32,000 nucleotides of DNA, taken from assembly GCF_000189295.2 (NCBI RefSeq), contig NC_016803.1, positions 690,001-722,000 of the forward strand, given 5' to 3'. How positions within the stretch are numbered: position 1 is the first letter of the stretch; every line of letters starts with the position of its first letter. Positions 16,927-26,149 of the stretch are shown here, one piece after another. The position numbers were made by a program, and so were the translations under genes. The DNA comes from Pseudodesulfovibrio mercurii (lineage in GTDB: Bacteria > Desulfobacterota > Desulfovibrionia > Desulfovibrionales > Desulfovibrionaceae). The notes beneath the pieces are model-generated. The model ran no database searches. It had not been told where the DNA came from and was given only the letters and a program-made list of their open reading frames with translations.

Positions 16927-17697
16927 ATGAATCTCCAGGAGTGCCTCAAAGAGCTTCAGCTCGCCCCAGGGGCGAACCTGGAGGAGGTCAAGTCCGCCTT
17001 CCGCAAGCTGGCCTTCAAGTACCACCCGGACCTGAACCCGAGCCCACGGGCCGCCGAGAAGTTCCGCGTGGTCAACGAGGCCTACGTCACGGCCCGCAAG
17101 CTCCTGGACCTCGCCGGACCCACGCGGTCCGCGTCCCACGGCCCCGAGGCCGAGCCCACGGCCAGCCGCGAACAGGGGGCCAGGGCCTACGCCCGGCAGC
17201 GGGACAGGACGCCCCCGCCCAAACCGGAGAAGCCGCGCCGCTCCACCCGGGCCAAGAACCAGAAGTATTACTACCGTGAGGAGGAGGTCCTGCGGACCAT
17301 CCTCAACGACCCCTTCGCCAAGAAGGTCTTCGAGGACATCTACTCCCAGATCCGCAAGGACCAACCGGGCTACAAGGGCCCCCTGGAGCTCAAGAAGCGC
17401 AGCCTGCAGCTGCACTGGGGCGAGCGGACCCTGAACCTGGACTTCTCCAAGGGCATCAAGGGGTGGCTCACGGGCCAGATGGACTTCGAGCAGACCGTCC
17501 ACTACCCGGCCTCCCACCTCCTGCCGGGCCGCAAGGTGCGCATCACCGTGGAGCACCCCTTCACCAAGGGGCCCAGGACCATCGAGGTCACCCTGCCCCA
17601 GGACTTTGTGGTCGGCCGTCCCATCCGGCTCAAGGGATTGGGCCGAAAGCTCGGGCCCTTCAAGGGCGACCTGCTGTTGCGCATCCTCGGGAAATGA
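16927..17697 (+). CDS. J-domain protein lacking a zinc finger, with a DnaJ-C-like C-terminal region
   Basis: J domain with HPD ([14 protein letters not shown]), a basic and Pro-rich linker, and a C-terminal [20 protein letters not shown] resembling the DnaJ/CbpA CTD. Confidence 0.8.
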   Translation: MNLQECLKELQLAPGANLEEVKSAFRKLAFKYHPDLNPSPRAAEKFRVVNEAYVTARKLLDLAGPTRSASHGPEAEPTASREQGARAYARQRDRTPPPKPEKPRRSTRAKNQKYYYREEEVLRTILNDPFAKKVFEDIYSQIRKDQPGYKGPLELKKRSLQLHWGERTLNLDFSKGIKGWLTGQMDFEQTVHYPASHLLPGRKVRITVEHPFTKGPRTIEVTLPQDFVVGRPIRLKGLGRKLGPFKGDLLLRILGK

Positions 17698-17852
17698 CCG
17701 TTTCAGGGGCCGGACGCGGTCCTGACAACCCCCCGCCGAAACGAACATTTGCCAATCCTGGCATACATTTTTGCCGGTGCAATAAAAGCCTTGTTTTCCC
17801 CCGGTATTTTTACTAGTCGCTGTAGCATACCGAGTATCAAGCGGAGGAACCC

Positions 17853-18494
17853 ATGCTCGCCATCTTCGATTACAAGGCGGGGAACCAGACCAGCGTCCAC
17901 CGGGCCCTGGAGCACCTGGGCATCCCGAATGAAATCACCAACGACCCCGTGAAACTGGACAATGCCACCGGGATCATCTTCCCGGGCGTCGGCGCCGCCG
18001 GCCAGGCCATGGAAGAGCTCGAATCCGGCGGCCTCGACCAGGTCATCAAGAAGCTCATCGCCCAGAAGAAGCCCGTGCTCGGCATCTGCGTGGGCTGCCA
18101 GATTCTCCTGGACTACTCCGAGGAAAACGACACCAAGGCCCTGGAGGTCATCCCCGGCGAATGCCGACTGTTCAACCCTTCCTGGGTGGACTACGAGGAC
18201 ATCCAGATCCGCGTGCCGCACATGGGCTGGAACCAGGTGGAGCTGATCAAGGAGTGCGAGCTGTTCGACGGTATCGACCCGGACGCGGACTTCTACTTCG
18301 TGCACAGCTACTACCCCGCACCCGCCGAGGAGTTCGTCATCGGCACCACCCGCTACGGCATCGACTTCTGCTCGGTGCACGGCCGCAAGGGGCTGTGGGC
18401 CGTCCAGTTCCACCCGGAAAAGAGCGGCCGTCCCGGCCTGAAGATGCTCCGCAACTTCTACAACTACTGCGTGGAGGCCGGAAATGCTGAGTAA
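17853..18494 (+). CDS. hisH: Imidazole glycerol phosphate synthase, glutamine amidotransferase subunit
   Basis: GGAGGA Shine-Dalgarno. [20 protein letters not shown] (nucleophile Cys), HMGWN, FHPEKS. Confidence 0.93.
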   Translation: MLAIFDYKAGNQTSVHRALEHLGIPNEITNDPVKLDNATGIIFPGVGAAGQAMEELESGGLDQVIKKLIAQKKPVLGICVGCQILLDYSEENDTKALEVIPGECRLFNPSWVDYEDIQIRVPHMGWNQVELIKECELFDGIDPDADFYFVHSYYPAPAEEFVIGTTRYGIDFCSVHGRKGLWAVQFHPEKSGRPGLKMLRNFYNYCVEAGNAE

Positions 18495-19263
18495 ACGGGT
18501 CATCCCCTGCCTCGACGTGCGCAACGGCCGTCTGACCAAGGGCATCAAGTTCGAAGGCAACGTGGACATCGGCGATCCGGTCGAGTCCGCCAAGCGCTAC
18601 TACGAGGACGGCGCGGACGAGATCGTCTTCTACGACATCACCGCCTCCCACGAGGCGCGCGGCATCTTCCTGGACGTGGTCGAAAAAGTCGCCTCCCAGA
18701 TATTCATCCCGTTCTCCGTGGGCGGGGGCATCAACTCCGTGTCCGACATGCGCGACGTGCTCGTGGCCGGTGCGGAAAAGGTCTCGGTCAACTCCGGCGC
18801 GGTCAAGAACCCGGACATTATCAGCGAGGGCGCGGCCATGTTCGGCTCCCAGTGCGTGGTGCTCGGCATGGACGTCAAGCGCGTGCCCAAGTCCGAGGAC
18901 ATCCCCTCCGGCTTCGAGATCGTCATCCACGGCGGCCGCAAGTACATGGGCATGGACGCCATCGAATGGGCCAAGACCGGCGAGGCGCTCGGCGCGGGCG
19001 AAATCTGCCTGAACTCCATCGACGCCGACGGCGTGAAGAACGGCTACGACCTGGAACTGACCCGGCTGGTGGCCGAGGCCGTGACCATCCCGGTCATCGC
19101 CTCCGGCGGCGCGGGCAACCCCCAGCACATGGTCGACGCCGTGACCGAGGGCAAGGCCACGGCCGCGCTCATCGCCTCCATCGTCCACTACGGCGAATAC
19201 ACCATCCCGCAACTCAAGAAATACATGTCCGAACACGGCGTCCAGACCCGCATGGTCTGGTAG
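18484..19263 (+). CDS. hisF: Imidazole glycerol phosphate synthase, cyclase subunit
   Basis: [41 protein letters not shown] and ASGGAG motifs. 11-nt overlap with hisH. Confidence 0.95.
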   Translation: MLSKRVIPCLDVRNGRLTKGIKFEGNVDIGDPVESAKRYYEDGADEIVFYDITASHEARGIFLDVVEKVASQIFIPFSVGGGINSVSDMRDVLVAGAEKVSVNSGAVKNPDIISEGAAMFGSQCVVLGMDVKRVPKSEDIPSGFEIVIHGGRKYMGMDAIEWAKTGEALGAGEICLNSIDADGVKNGYDLELTRLVAEAVTIPVIASGGAGNPQHMVDAVTEGKATAALIASIVHYGEYTIPQLKKYMSEHGVQTRMVW

Positions 19264-19280
19264 TTCTAGCCGAATCATAG

Positions 19281-19315
19281 AAAAGGCCGTTCTCTTCACA
19301 GAGAACGGCCTTTTT
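19281..19315. terminator. Bidirectional terminator after hisF; also the only hairpin downstream of the orphan gene
   Basis: AAAA-GGCCGTTCTC-TTCACA-GAGAACGGCC-TTTTT. Confidence 0.85.
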
Positions 19316-19358
19316 CTATGCTCATTTGCACATAATATTAAACAATATAATGTAATTA

Positions 19359-19925
19359 TTATTTTTGTGGCACTATCTCTATTTGTCGCTTCCGAAAATC
19401 AGACCGATTGATTGTTGCAAGGATTTTCTCAACGCCATTCGCAATTCTCTCTGAAGGATCTTCCCCTATTTTAGTAATACCTTCTAACACTGCTACATTG
19501 ATATGAGTTGTGAATATATGTTGATTACCAATAACATCATAACATTTTGACGTTATTGATGTTGGGCATTCCCTATAATGCCTAAACGACCCGATTGAAT
19601 GCCTAATTTCTTGTCCAGGTTTTAGAATATCCCAATTCAAAAATGACAACTCATTAAATGTCTTACCTGACTTTTCCCCTTCAAGAGAGATGTCGGGATT
19701 AGCTTCAATTGTTACATTACGAGCTACGCCCATCCCTGTATTCACAATTACAAGCTCCATGTAAAACAAAAACTTACTTGGCTCTATTGTAACCACAACG
19801 CACGGTTGTATTTGGAGAAGACGGGCAGATTTAGCTTCAATGGCGAGGGTACGAGTATACCACGCCAAAATAGCTGTAAGCAAAAAAAGTCCACCAGAAA
19901 TCATTACTGTTGCAACATCAGCCAT
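19359..19925 (-). CDS. Orphan hypothetical protein (188 aa) with an N-terminal TM anchor, encoded in the AT-rich islet
   Basis: The ATG at 19925 is preceded by a GGAGG Shine-Dalgarno with 5-nt spacing; the track's longer form uses a TTG at 19970 with no Shine-Dalgarno. Predicted TM helix VATVMISGGLFLLTAILAWY, then a roughly 160-aa beta-rich-looking domain (VVVTIEP, LVIVNTGMGVARNVTIE). AT-rich codons contrast sharply with every other gene in the window. Confidence 0.65.
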   Translation of the reverse strand: MADVATVMISGGLFLLTAILAWYTRTLAIEAKSARLLQIQPCVVVTIEPSKFLFYMELVIVNTGMGVARNVTIEANPDISLEGEKSGKTFNELSFLNWDILKPGQEIRHSIGSFRHYRECPTSITSKCYDVIGNQHIFTTHINVAVLEGITKIGEDPSERIANGVEKILATINRSDFRKRQIEIVPQK

Positions 19926-20077
19926 TGCATCCTCCGTTAACTCTTTGGAAAAATTATTTTCAATTTCCAATTCTTTATAGCTATAATGTGCCAGCCATCT
20001 CTAATCAGCCCTATTTATTGTATCTGTTTACAATAAACCAACCCTAATACCAATCAGTTATATCCATAACGCTACAC

Positions 20078-20115
20078 AAAAAAAGCTGGCATACAGATGT
20101 ATGCCAGCTTTTTTA
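20078..20115. terminator. Bidirectional terminator downstream of moaC
   Basis: AAAAAA-AGCTGGCATACA-GA-TGTATGCCAGCT-TTTTT, a perfect 12-bp inverted repeat (effective stem about 10 bp). Confidence 0.85.
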
Positions 20116-20134
20116 TTTTAAAATAACAAGTTAA

Positions 20135-20614
20135 CTATTTGGCGGTAAAAATCCCGGACTTCCCGCCGGACTTGTAGACCAGCCGGCATTTGTCGATGAC
20201 GATGTCCTTCTGGACCGCCTTGCACATGTCGTAGATGGTCGCGGCGGCCACCTGGCAGCCTATCAGGGCCTCCATCTCGACGCCGGTCTTGTAGGTGGTC
20301 CGGACCTCGCATTCGAGTTCGATGGTCGAGGCCTCGTCGTGCACGGTGAAGCGCACGTCGATATAGCTGATGGGCAGGGGGTGGCACATGGGGATGAGGT
20401 CGCTGGTCCGCTTGGCGGCCTGGATGCCCGCGATCTTGGCCGTGGTCAGGACGTCACCCTTGGGCAGGGCGTCCTCCTTGAGCAGGCGCATGGTCTCCGG
20501 GGAAATGCGGACCAATCCCCGGACAATGGCCGTGCGGCTCGTGTCGTTCTTGGCGGAGACGTCCACCATGCGGGCGTTGCCGTCCTGGTCCATGTGCGAA
20601 AAGCCTTGTGCCAT
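20135..20614 (-). CDS. moaC: Cyclic pyranopterin monophosphate synthase
   Basis: [42 protein letters not shown] and IYDMCKA motifs. Confidence 0.93.
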   Translation of the reverse strand: MAQGFSHMDQDGNARMVDVSAKNDTSRTAIVRGLVRISPETMRLLKEDALPKGDVLTTAKIAGIQAAKRTSDLIPMCHPLPISYIDVRFTVHDEASTIELECEVRTTYKTGVEMEALIGCQVAAATIYDMCKAVQKDIVIDKCRLVYKSGGKSGIFTAK

Positions 20615-20617
20615 CGT

Positions 20618-21730
20618 CTACTCTCCCATGACCTTGTCCTTGGCCTTCTTGAAGAAGCCCTTGGCCCGATTCTTGAGTTTTCCTGCCTCGATCTCGGCGA
20701 ACTCCCGCAGGAGCTCCTCCTGGCGGGCGTTCAGCTTGGAGGGGGTCTTCACGCGGATCTCCACGAGCAGGTCGCCGTTCTGGGTGGAGCCGAGATGGGG
20801 CAGCCCCAGGCCGCGCAGCCGAAAGACCTCGCCGGACTGGGTGCCGCTCGGGATGTCCAGGTTGACCGGCTCGTCCAGGGTGGGCACCTCCAGGCGATGG
20901 CCCAGGGCGGCCTCGACCATGGAGATTTCCCGGCTGATGATCAGGTTCTGGCCCTGGCGCTCGAAGGTGTCGTCGGGCGTGACCCGGATGACCACATAGA
21001 GGTCGCCCGGAGGGCCGCCGTTGACCCCGGCCTCGCCCTCGCCGCGCAGCCGCAGGCGCGAGTTGTTGTCCACGCCCGCCGGGATGCGGACGCTCAGGTC
21101 CTTGTCCTGGATGACCGTGCCGCGCCCCATGCAGGTGTCGCAGGGGTCGGTGATCAGCTTGCCCGCGCCGTGGCACTGGGGGCAGGTGGCGGAAATGCGG
21201 AAGAATCCCTGGGACTGCTGGACCGTGCCGGACCCGCCGCACTGGGGGCAGGTCTGGGGCGAGGAGCCGGGGGCCGCCCCGCTGCCGCCGCAGGTCTCGC
21301 AATGGGTCTCCACGGGAATCTTGATGGACACCTCGGTGCCCTTGGCCGCGTCCCGGAAGGATATCTCCAGGTTGTAGCGCAGGTCGGAATCGGCCCGGGG
21401 GCGGTTGGCCCGCCCGGCCGAGGAAAAGCCGAAGACCTCGCCGAAGATGTCGCTGAAGGCGCCGAAGATGTCCTCGTTGCTGGAAAAGCCGGAGAAGCCG
21501 TTGCCGTTCACGCCGTCGAAGCCGAACCGGTCATAGGACTGGCGCTTGTCCTGGTTGCCCAGGACCTCGTAGGCCTCGGCGGCCTCCTTGAATTTGGATT
21601 CGGCGTCGGGATCATCCTGGTTGCGGTCGGGATGATACTTGAAGGCCAGTCTCCGGTACGCCGTCTTGATCTGATCCTGGGTGGCGGTCCGCTCCACCTC
21701 CAGGATCTCGTAGTAATCGCGTTTGGACAT
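20618..21730 (-). CDS. dnaJ: Molecular chaperone DnaJ (type I)
   Basis: [15 protein letters not shown], a G/F-rich region, four CxxCxGxG repeats ([32 protein letters not shown]), and a CTD. Confidence 0.95.
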   Translation of the reverse strand: MSKRDYYEILEVERTATQDQIKTAYRRLAFKYHPDRNQDDPDAESKFKEAAEAYEVLGNQDKRQSYDRFGFDGVNGNGFSGFSSNEDIFGAFSDIFGEVFGFSSAGRANRPRADSDLRYNLEISFRDAAKGTEVSIKIPVETHCETCGGSGAAPGSSPQTCPQCGGSGTVQQSQGFFRISATCPQCHGAGKLITDPCDTCMGRGTVIQDKDLSVRIPAGVDNNSRLRLRGEGEAGVNGGPPGDLYVVIRVTPDDTFERQGQNLIISREISMVEAALGHRLEVPTLDEPVNLDIPSGTQSGEVFRLRGLGLPHLGSTQNGDLLVEIRVKTPSKLNARQEELLREFAEIEAGKLKNRAKGFFKKAKDKVMGE

Positions 21731-21740
21731 GACCGGCTAC

Positions 21741-21968
21741 TTAGGCTTCCTCGGTTTCGGAAGAATGCAGATGCAGGTCGGAGGTGGTGTCGGGGATGAC
21801 CTTGCCGGCCGCGATCTCGCGCAGGGCGTTGACCACTTCCTTGTTCTTGGAATCGATCAGGGGTTCGTACCCTTCGCGGTACTGCTTGACCCTCTTGATG
21901 GCCATCTGGGTGATGAGAAAGCGATTGCTCACTTTGGCCAGACAATCTTCAACGGTGATCCTTGCCAT
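21741..21968 (-). CDS. rpoZ: DNA-directed RNA polymerase subunit omega
   Basis: [10 protein letters not shown]...NRF.L...A.KR..Q signature, 75 aa, AAGGAG Shine-Dalgarno. Confidence 0.9.
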   Translation of the reverse strand: MARITVEDCLAKVSNRFLITQMAIKRVKQYREGYEPLIDSKNKEVVNALREIAAGKVIPDTTSDLHLHSSETEEA

Positions 21969-22002
21969 GCTATTCTCCTTAAAGACTTCGTTCGAAGCGC
22001 CG

Positions 22003-23352
22003 TTATTCCACTTTTCCGGGCTCGCCCGCCGGGAACATCCCTTGCAGGTCCTTGAGCAGCCGGGCGGAGACCGGGTAGTACATGCCGTCTCCGTTCTTCA
22101 TCCAACACTGTCCCTGGGGCAGCTTGGGATCCGCGTAGAAGGTGATCCCCTTCAGTTCGTTCCCGTCGCCGTCCAGCAGGCGGCAGTGCATGAGCTTCAC
22201 AGCCGTGGCGGCCAGGTTGTTCAGGGGCAACGCCTCAAACTGTAACTCTGTAAATCGCCAGAGCGCCATGTCAATGCCGGGGATGTCTTTTTCCCCTCCG
22301 TCCACGCGCCAGCCGGTGTGCCCGCGACGGACCACGTAACGCCGGTCGCCGTTGACGACGACCAGCAGGGCAACCTGGCCGATGTCCAGGGAGAACACGT
22401 TGCGCCCCTGGACGTCGAAGGCGCTCTTGACCAGCTGACTGACGCTCTCCGCATCGAGCAGGAACGGCACGGTCAGCCAGGAAGAGCGGCCGAAATAGTG
22501 TTTGGGGTCATCCTCGATGGTGAAGAATTCCACCGTGGACGGCTCCTTGGCGTCGTCCGACCAGACCTTGATGGTCAGGGCCGCCATGCCCTTTTCCGGC
22601 ACCGCGGGTTCGAGCACCAGCCTGCCCGCCCGCAGCAGGGCCAGGGCGTGCAGGTAGAGCTTGAGCTCCGAGCTGGACGCCTCCTTGCCCTTGAGGTAAC
22701 CGGGCAGGACGAAAACGAACCCCTTGGACTCGCGCCGGGCCACCCAGCTCGAACCGAACGGCTGGACCAGCTGCACCTGGCTGACCTGCTCCTCGTTGAA
22801 ACGAAAGACCTTGGTGTCGAGGAAGTAGGCGGCCGGATGGGCGAGCTGCTCGAAGACCTCGCCTCCGAATTCGTAGACCCGGCCGGGCGTCTCCGAGTTC
22901 CAGCCGTAGGTCTTGCCGGACTCGCCCCGGGCGAACCTGAGGTTCAGGGGCGGCACGTTCTCGTCCCGGAACTGGACGATGAGCTTGAGCTCCGGCTCGG
23001 TCAGGCCGTACTCCCCGAGCATCTCGGATTCGTTCCCGTCAAAGGCGAGCAGCGGCACCAGTTCCGGCACCCGGATCAGGTAATCCCGGACCCGGTCGCC
23101 CAGGGCCCTGGCCGAGACGTTCCAGGACGCGCCCGGGACCCGCGCCACCCATCGGTCGCCGTCGAGGACGAGGGTATAGGCCTCGCCCCCCTGCCGGACG
23201 TGCACGGACTTGACCTTCTTCAGGGGATGTGCCAGCCAGCGGGACGTCACGACCTGTTTTTCCATGCCGGACCTGTACCAGTACGCGCCACCGGCCAGGG
23301 CGGCCGCGAGCACGATGACGACAAGGAACAGTATCCGTCTCAAAACAGGCAT
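22003..23352 (-). CDS. Hypothetical protein (449 aa) with an N-terminal signal-anchor
   Basis: High GC3 throughout. N-terminus [26 protein letters not shown]. The only canonical start that keeps the anchor is the ATG at 23352. No catalytic motif recognised. Confidence 0.65.
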   Translation of the reverse strand: MPVLRRILFLVVIVLAAALAGGAYWYRSGMEKQVVTSRWLAHPLKKVKSVHVRQGGEAYTLVLDGDRWVARVPGASWNVSARALGDRVRDYLIRVPELVPLLAFDGNESEMLGEYGLTEPELKLIVQFRDENVPPLNLRFARGESGKTYGWNSETPGRVYEFGGEVFEQLAHPAAYFLDTKVFRFNEEQVSQVQLVQPFGSSWVARRESKGFVFVLPGYLKGKEASSSELKLYLHALALLRAGRLVLEPAVPEKGMAALTIKVWSDDAKEPSTVEFFTIEDDPKHYFGRSSWLTVPFLLDAESVSQLVKSAFDVQGRNVFSLDIGQVALLVVVNGDRRYVVRRGHTGWRVDGGEKDIPGIDMALWRFTELQFEALPLNNLAATAVKLMHCRLLDGDGNELKGITFYADPKLPQGQCWMKNGDGMYYPVSARLLKDLQGMFPAGEPGKVE

Positions 23353-23507
23353 CCTCCGGGGGGACCTGGTTCCGGGCCCGAACGGACGGTTCGGACCGTG
23401 ACGCGAAAGCTTGTAAAGCTGCCCCAAAGGGGCTTGCAAGTCAAGCAGGAATACTCTATCTGCCTGACCTGACCCGCCCTGCAGCAAATCGAACGGGAGA
23501 ACAACAG

Positions 23508-24257
23508 ATGGCCTCATGGGGCAAACTCACCTTTGCGCAGAAAAAATGCGTCACCGCCACGGGCAAGCTCATGCAGCAGACCGACATGGTCACGGGCGGG
23601 GCCCGCATCGGCCTGGCCATTTCCGGCGGCGTGGACAGCTTCCTCATGCTCAAGGTCATGACCATCCGCCGGGCGATCATGCCCTTTCCCGTGGAGCTGA
23701 TGGCCCTGCACGTCAACCCCGGCTTCGACCCCGCCTCCCATGCGCCGCTGGTCAGGTGGTGCGCGGAAAACGGGCTGGCCGCGCACGTGGAGCTGACCGA
23801 CTTCGGCCCGCGCGCCCACACCGAGGAAAACCGCAAGAATTCCCCGTGCTTCTGGTGCGCCATGCAACGCCGAAAGCGGCTCTTCGAGCTGTGCCGCGAC
23901 TACAACCTGACCCACCTGGCCTTCGGACACAACGCCGACGACAACGTGATCACCTTCTTCATGAACGTGGTCCAGAACGGGCGCGCCGACGGGCTGTCGG
24001 CCAACGAGCCGTTCTTCGGCGGCAAGCTCAAGGTCATCCGGCCGACCATGCTCCTGGACAAGAAGACCGTGATCAAGGCGGCCGCCCAATGGGAGCTGCC
24101 CATTTGGGAAAACGTCTGCCCTTCCAACGGATTCACCAAAAGGGACGAAATCCATGAATGGCTACGGGCCATGTGGCGGAAAGATAAACGTATAAAAAAC
24201 AATATCTTCAACGCCATAACCCGGCAACAAGTCGACTTGACAAGCAAAAAAGTCTAG
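23508..24257 (+). CDS. ttcA: PP-loop ATPase, TtcA-like tRNA thiolation enzyme
   Basis: SGGVDS PP-loop, CFWCAMQRR Cys pair, GHNADDNVITFFMN, and a late CPSNG Cys. Confidence 0.75.
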   Translation: MASWGKLTFAQKKCVTATGKLMQQTDMVTGGARIGLAISGGVDSFLMLKVMTIRRAIMPFPVELMALHVNPGFDPASHAPLVRWCAENGLAAHVELTDFGPRAHTEENRKNSPCFWCAMQRRKRLFELCRDYNLTHLAFGHNADDNVITFFMNVVQNGRADGLSANEPFFGGKLKVIRPTMLLDKKTVIKAAAQWELPIWENVCPSNGFTKRDEIHEWLRAMWRKDKRIKNNIFNAITRQQVDLTSKKV

Positions 24258-24319
24258 ACTAATAGTACTCAAAGTCCGAGTCCGGCTGCTCTGCAAACTT
24301 GTAACATCCTGGAAAGGTA

Positions 24320-25225
24320 ATGCTTTTCCGAAAATACCACATAGTTGTCTTCAGAGACAAACAGGGTTCTTGCAAGAAATTCCAGCTCCGAGGCTGGGTT
24401 ATCATGTTCCTCTTCCTGATGACGGTGTCCATGGCCGCGGGCAACGTCATTCTCTGGAATAAATACGCCGAGCACTCCCGTATCGAGCAAGGCCTCAACA
24501 TCGCTGAAAAAACCGTCCAGGAACAAAAAACCCAACTCCTCAGTCTCTCCCAGAAGATCACCTCCCTCCAAGGCAACCTGAGCCGCATCCGCGATTTCGA
24601 CTCCAAGCTCCGGGTCATGATCAACCTGGACCAGGACGGCAGCCAGGCCGCCGCCCCCAAGGGCGGTCCCGCCAACGAGAATTTCTCCAAGGGCTACCTG
24701 CCCCTCTACCGCCAGGAACTGCTCGCCCGCAAGATGCACGAGTTCCTGCGCCAGTTGAACGTGGAGGCGCGCCTCGAAGAGGTCCGCCAGCAGGAAATCA
24801 TGCACACCCTGCGTTCCAACCAGAACATCCTCGAAGCCACCCCGTCCATCTGGCCGACCTCCGGCTGGGTGACCTCGGGCTTCGCCTGGCGCACCTCGCC
24901 CTTCACGGGCAAGCGCGAGTTCCACAAGGGGCTCGATATCTCGGCCCCGCGCGGCACCCCGGTCTATGCCCCGGCGCGCGGCAGCGTGACCTTCGCCGGA
25001 CGCGACGGCTCCTACGGCCTGTGCATCCGCCTGAAGCACAACGCCAGCCTGACCACCCGGTTCGCCCACCTGAACCGCATCGCCATCAAGAGCGGCCAGG
25101 AAGTCACCCGCGGCGAGCTCATCGGCTACGTGGGCAACACGGGCCGCTCCACCGGCCCCCACCTGCACTACGAGGTCCGCCTGAACGGCGTGCCGGTGAA
25201 CCCCAAACGGTACATCCTCAACTAA
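24320..25225 (+). CDS. M23-family peptidoglycan metalloendopeptidase (N-terminal TM, coiled coil, LytM domain)
   Basis: HKGLDISAPRGTPVYA and GNTGRSTGPHLHYEV zinc-ligand motifs. N-terminal hydrophobic helix. Confidence 0.9.
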   Translation: MLFRKYHIVVFRDKQGSCKKFQLRGWVIMFLFLMTVSMAAGNVILWNKYAEHSRIEQGLNIAEKTVQEQKTQLLSLSQKITSLQGNLSRIRDFDSKLRVMINLDQDGSQAAAPKGGPANENFSKGYLPLYRQELLARKMHEFLRQLNVEARLEEVRQQEIMHTLRSNQNILEATPSIWPTSGWVTSGFAWRTSPFTGKREFHKGLDISAPRGTPVYAPARGSVTFAGRDGSYGLCIRLKHNASLTTRFAHLNRIAIKSGQEVTRGELIGYVGNTGRSTGPHLHYEVRLNGVPVNPKRYILN

Positions 25226-25249
25226 ACCGGTTCCCGTTTCACGAATGTC

Positions 25250-25294
25250 CAGGGCCCTTTTGGAATGCCACATTCCGGAAGGGCCTGTTCGTTT
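25250..25294 (+). terminator. Probable terminator after the M23 peptidase gene
   Basis: Long imperfect hairpin CAGGGCCCTTTTGGAATG-CCA-CATTCCGGAAGGGCCTG followed by TTCGTTT (interrupted T-tract). Confidence 0.45.
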
Positions 25295-25348
25295 CCGGGC
25301 GGCACGGTCCGACGCCCCGATTGGTTCGGGTTTTGCAATGACGCGATA

Positions 25349-26137
25349 ATGGAGCTTTTCGGATTCCAACCGAGCGACCTGCTCAGCTATTTCCTGACGC
25401 TGTTCCGCATCAGCGTCGTGCTCTTTCTGCTGCCCTTTTTCGGCGGGCAATCCATCCCCAAGGTGGTCAAGGCCGCCCTGGTCCTGGTCCTGTCCATGGC
25501 GCTCTGGCCGCAGCTTTCCTTCCCCGGCTCCCTGATGCCCACGGGCTGGAACATCGCCATCATGTTCCTCGGCGAACTGGTGCTCGGCCTGATCCTCGGC
25601 ATGCTCGTCAATTTTCTGTTCGCGGCGGTCCAGCTGGGCGGCCAGATCATCGGTTTCCAGATGGGCTTCGCCATGGTCAACGTGGTCGATCCCATCACCG
25701 GCACGAGCAACGCGGTCTCGGCCCATTTCCTGTACATGTGCACCATGCTGACCTTCCTGGTCCTCAACGGCCACCTCTATCTGCTCAAGGCCGTGGGCAT
25801 GAGCTTCCAGTACATCCCGCCGGGCACCCTGCTGCTCCAGCCGGAACTGGCCAACGACATCTTCCACTTCTCCAACCTGATGTTCACCCTGGCCATCAAG
25901 ATCGCGGCCCCGGTCATGGCCGCCCTGTTCCTGGTGGACCTCTCCCTGGCGCTCATCTCGCGGGCCGCGCCCCAGATGCATGTGCTCATCCTCGGCTTTC
26001 CCATCAAGATCACCGTGGGCTTCTTCTTCCTGGGCTTCATCTTCTCCATCATGGCCCAGTACGTGGGCGACTACCTGACCGGCCTGAACAACATGTACGA
26101 GAACGTCATGCGCTTCGGCATGTCCGGCCTGCAATAG
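25349..26137 (+). CDS. fliR: Flagellar biosynthetic protein FliR
   Basis: 262-aa polytopic membrane protein whose N-terminus (LLSYFLTLFRISVVLFLLPFFG) is typical of FliR. Position directly upstream of flhB. Confidence 0.88.
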   Translation: MELFGFQPSDLLSYFLTLFRISVVLFLLPFFGGQSIPKVVKAALVLVLSMALWPQLSFPGSLMPTGWNIAIMFLGELVLGLILGMLVNFLFAAVQLGGQIIGFQMGFAMVNVVDPITGTSNAVSAHFLYMCTMLTFLVLNGHLYLLKAVGMSFQYIPPGTLLLQPELANDIFHFSNLMFTLAIKIAAPVMAALFLVDLSLALISRAAPQMHVLILGFPIKITVGFFFLGFIFSIMAQYVGDYLTGLNNMYENVMRFGMSGLQ

Positions 26138-26149
26138 GGGACGGCGTCC

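Noticed and set aside
17759-17775. Sigma-54-like CTGGCAT-ACATT-TTTGC upstream of hisH.
   Set aside because: The GG to GC spacing is 11 nt instead of the strictly conserved 10, and his genes are not expected RpoN targets.
19979-19994. TGGCAC hexamer (minus strand) upstream of the orphan gene, suggestive of a sigma-54 -24 box.
   Set aside because: The nearest downstream GC is one nt too close (GG-N9-GC) and there is no TTGC.
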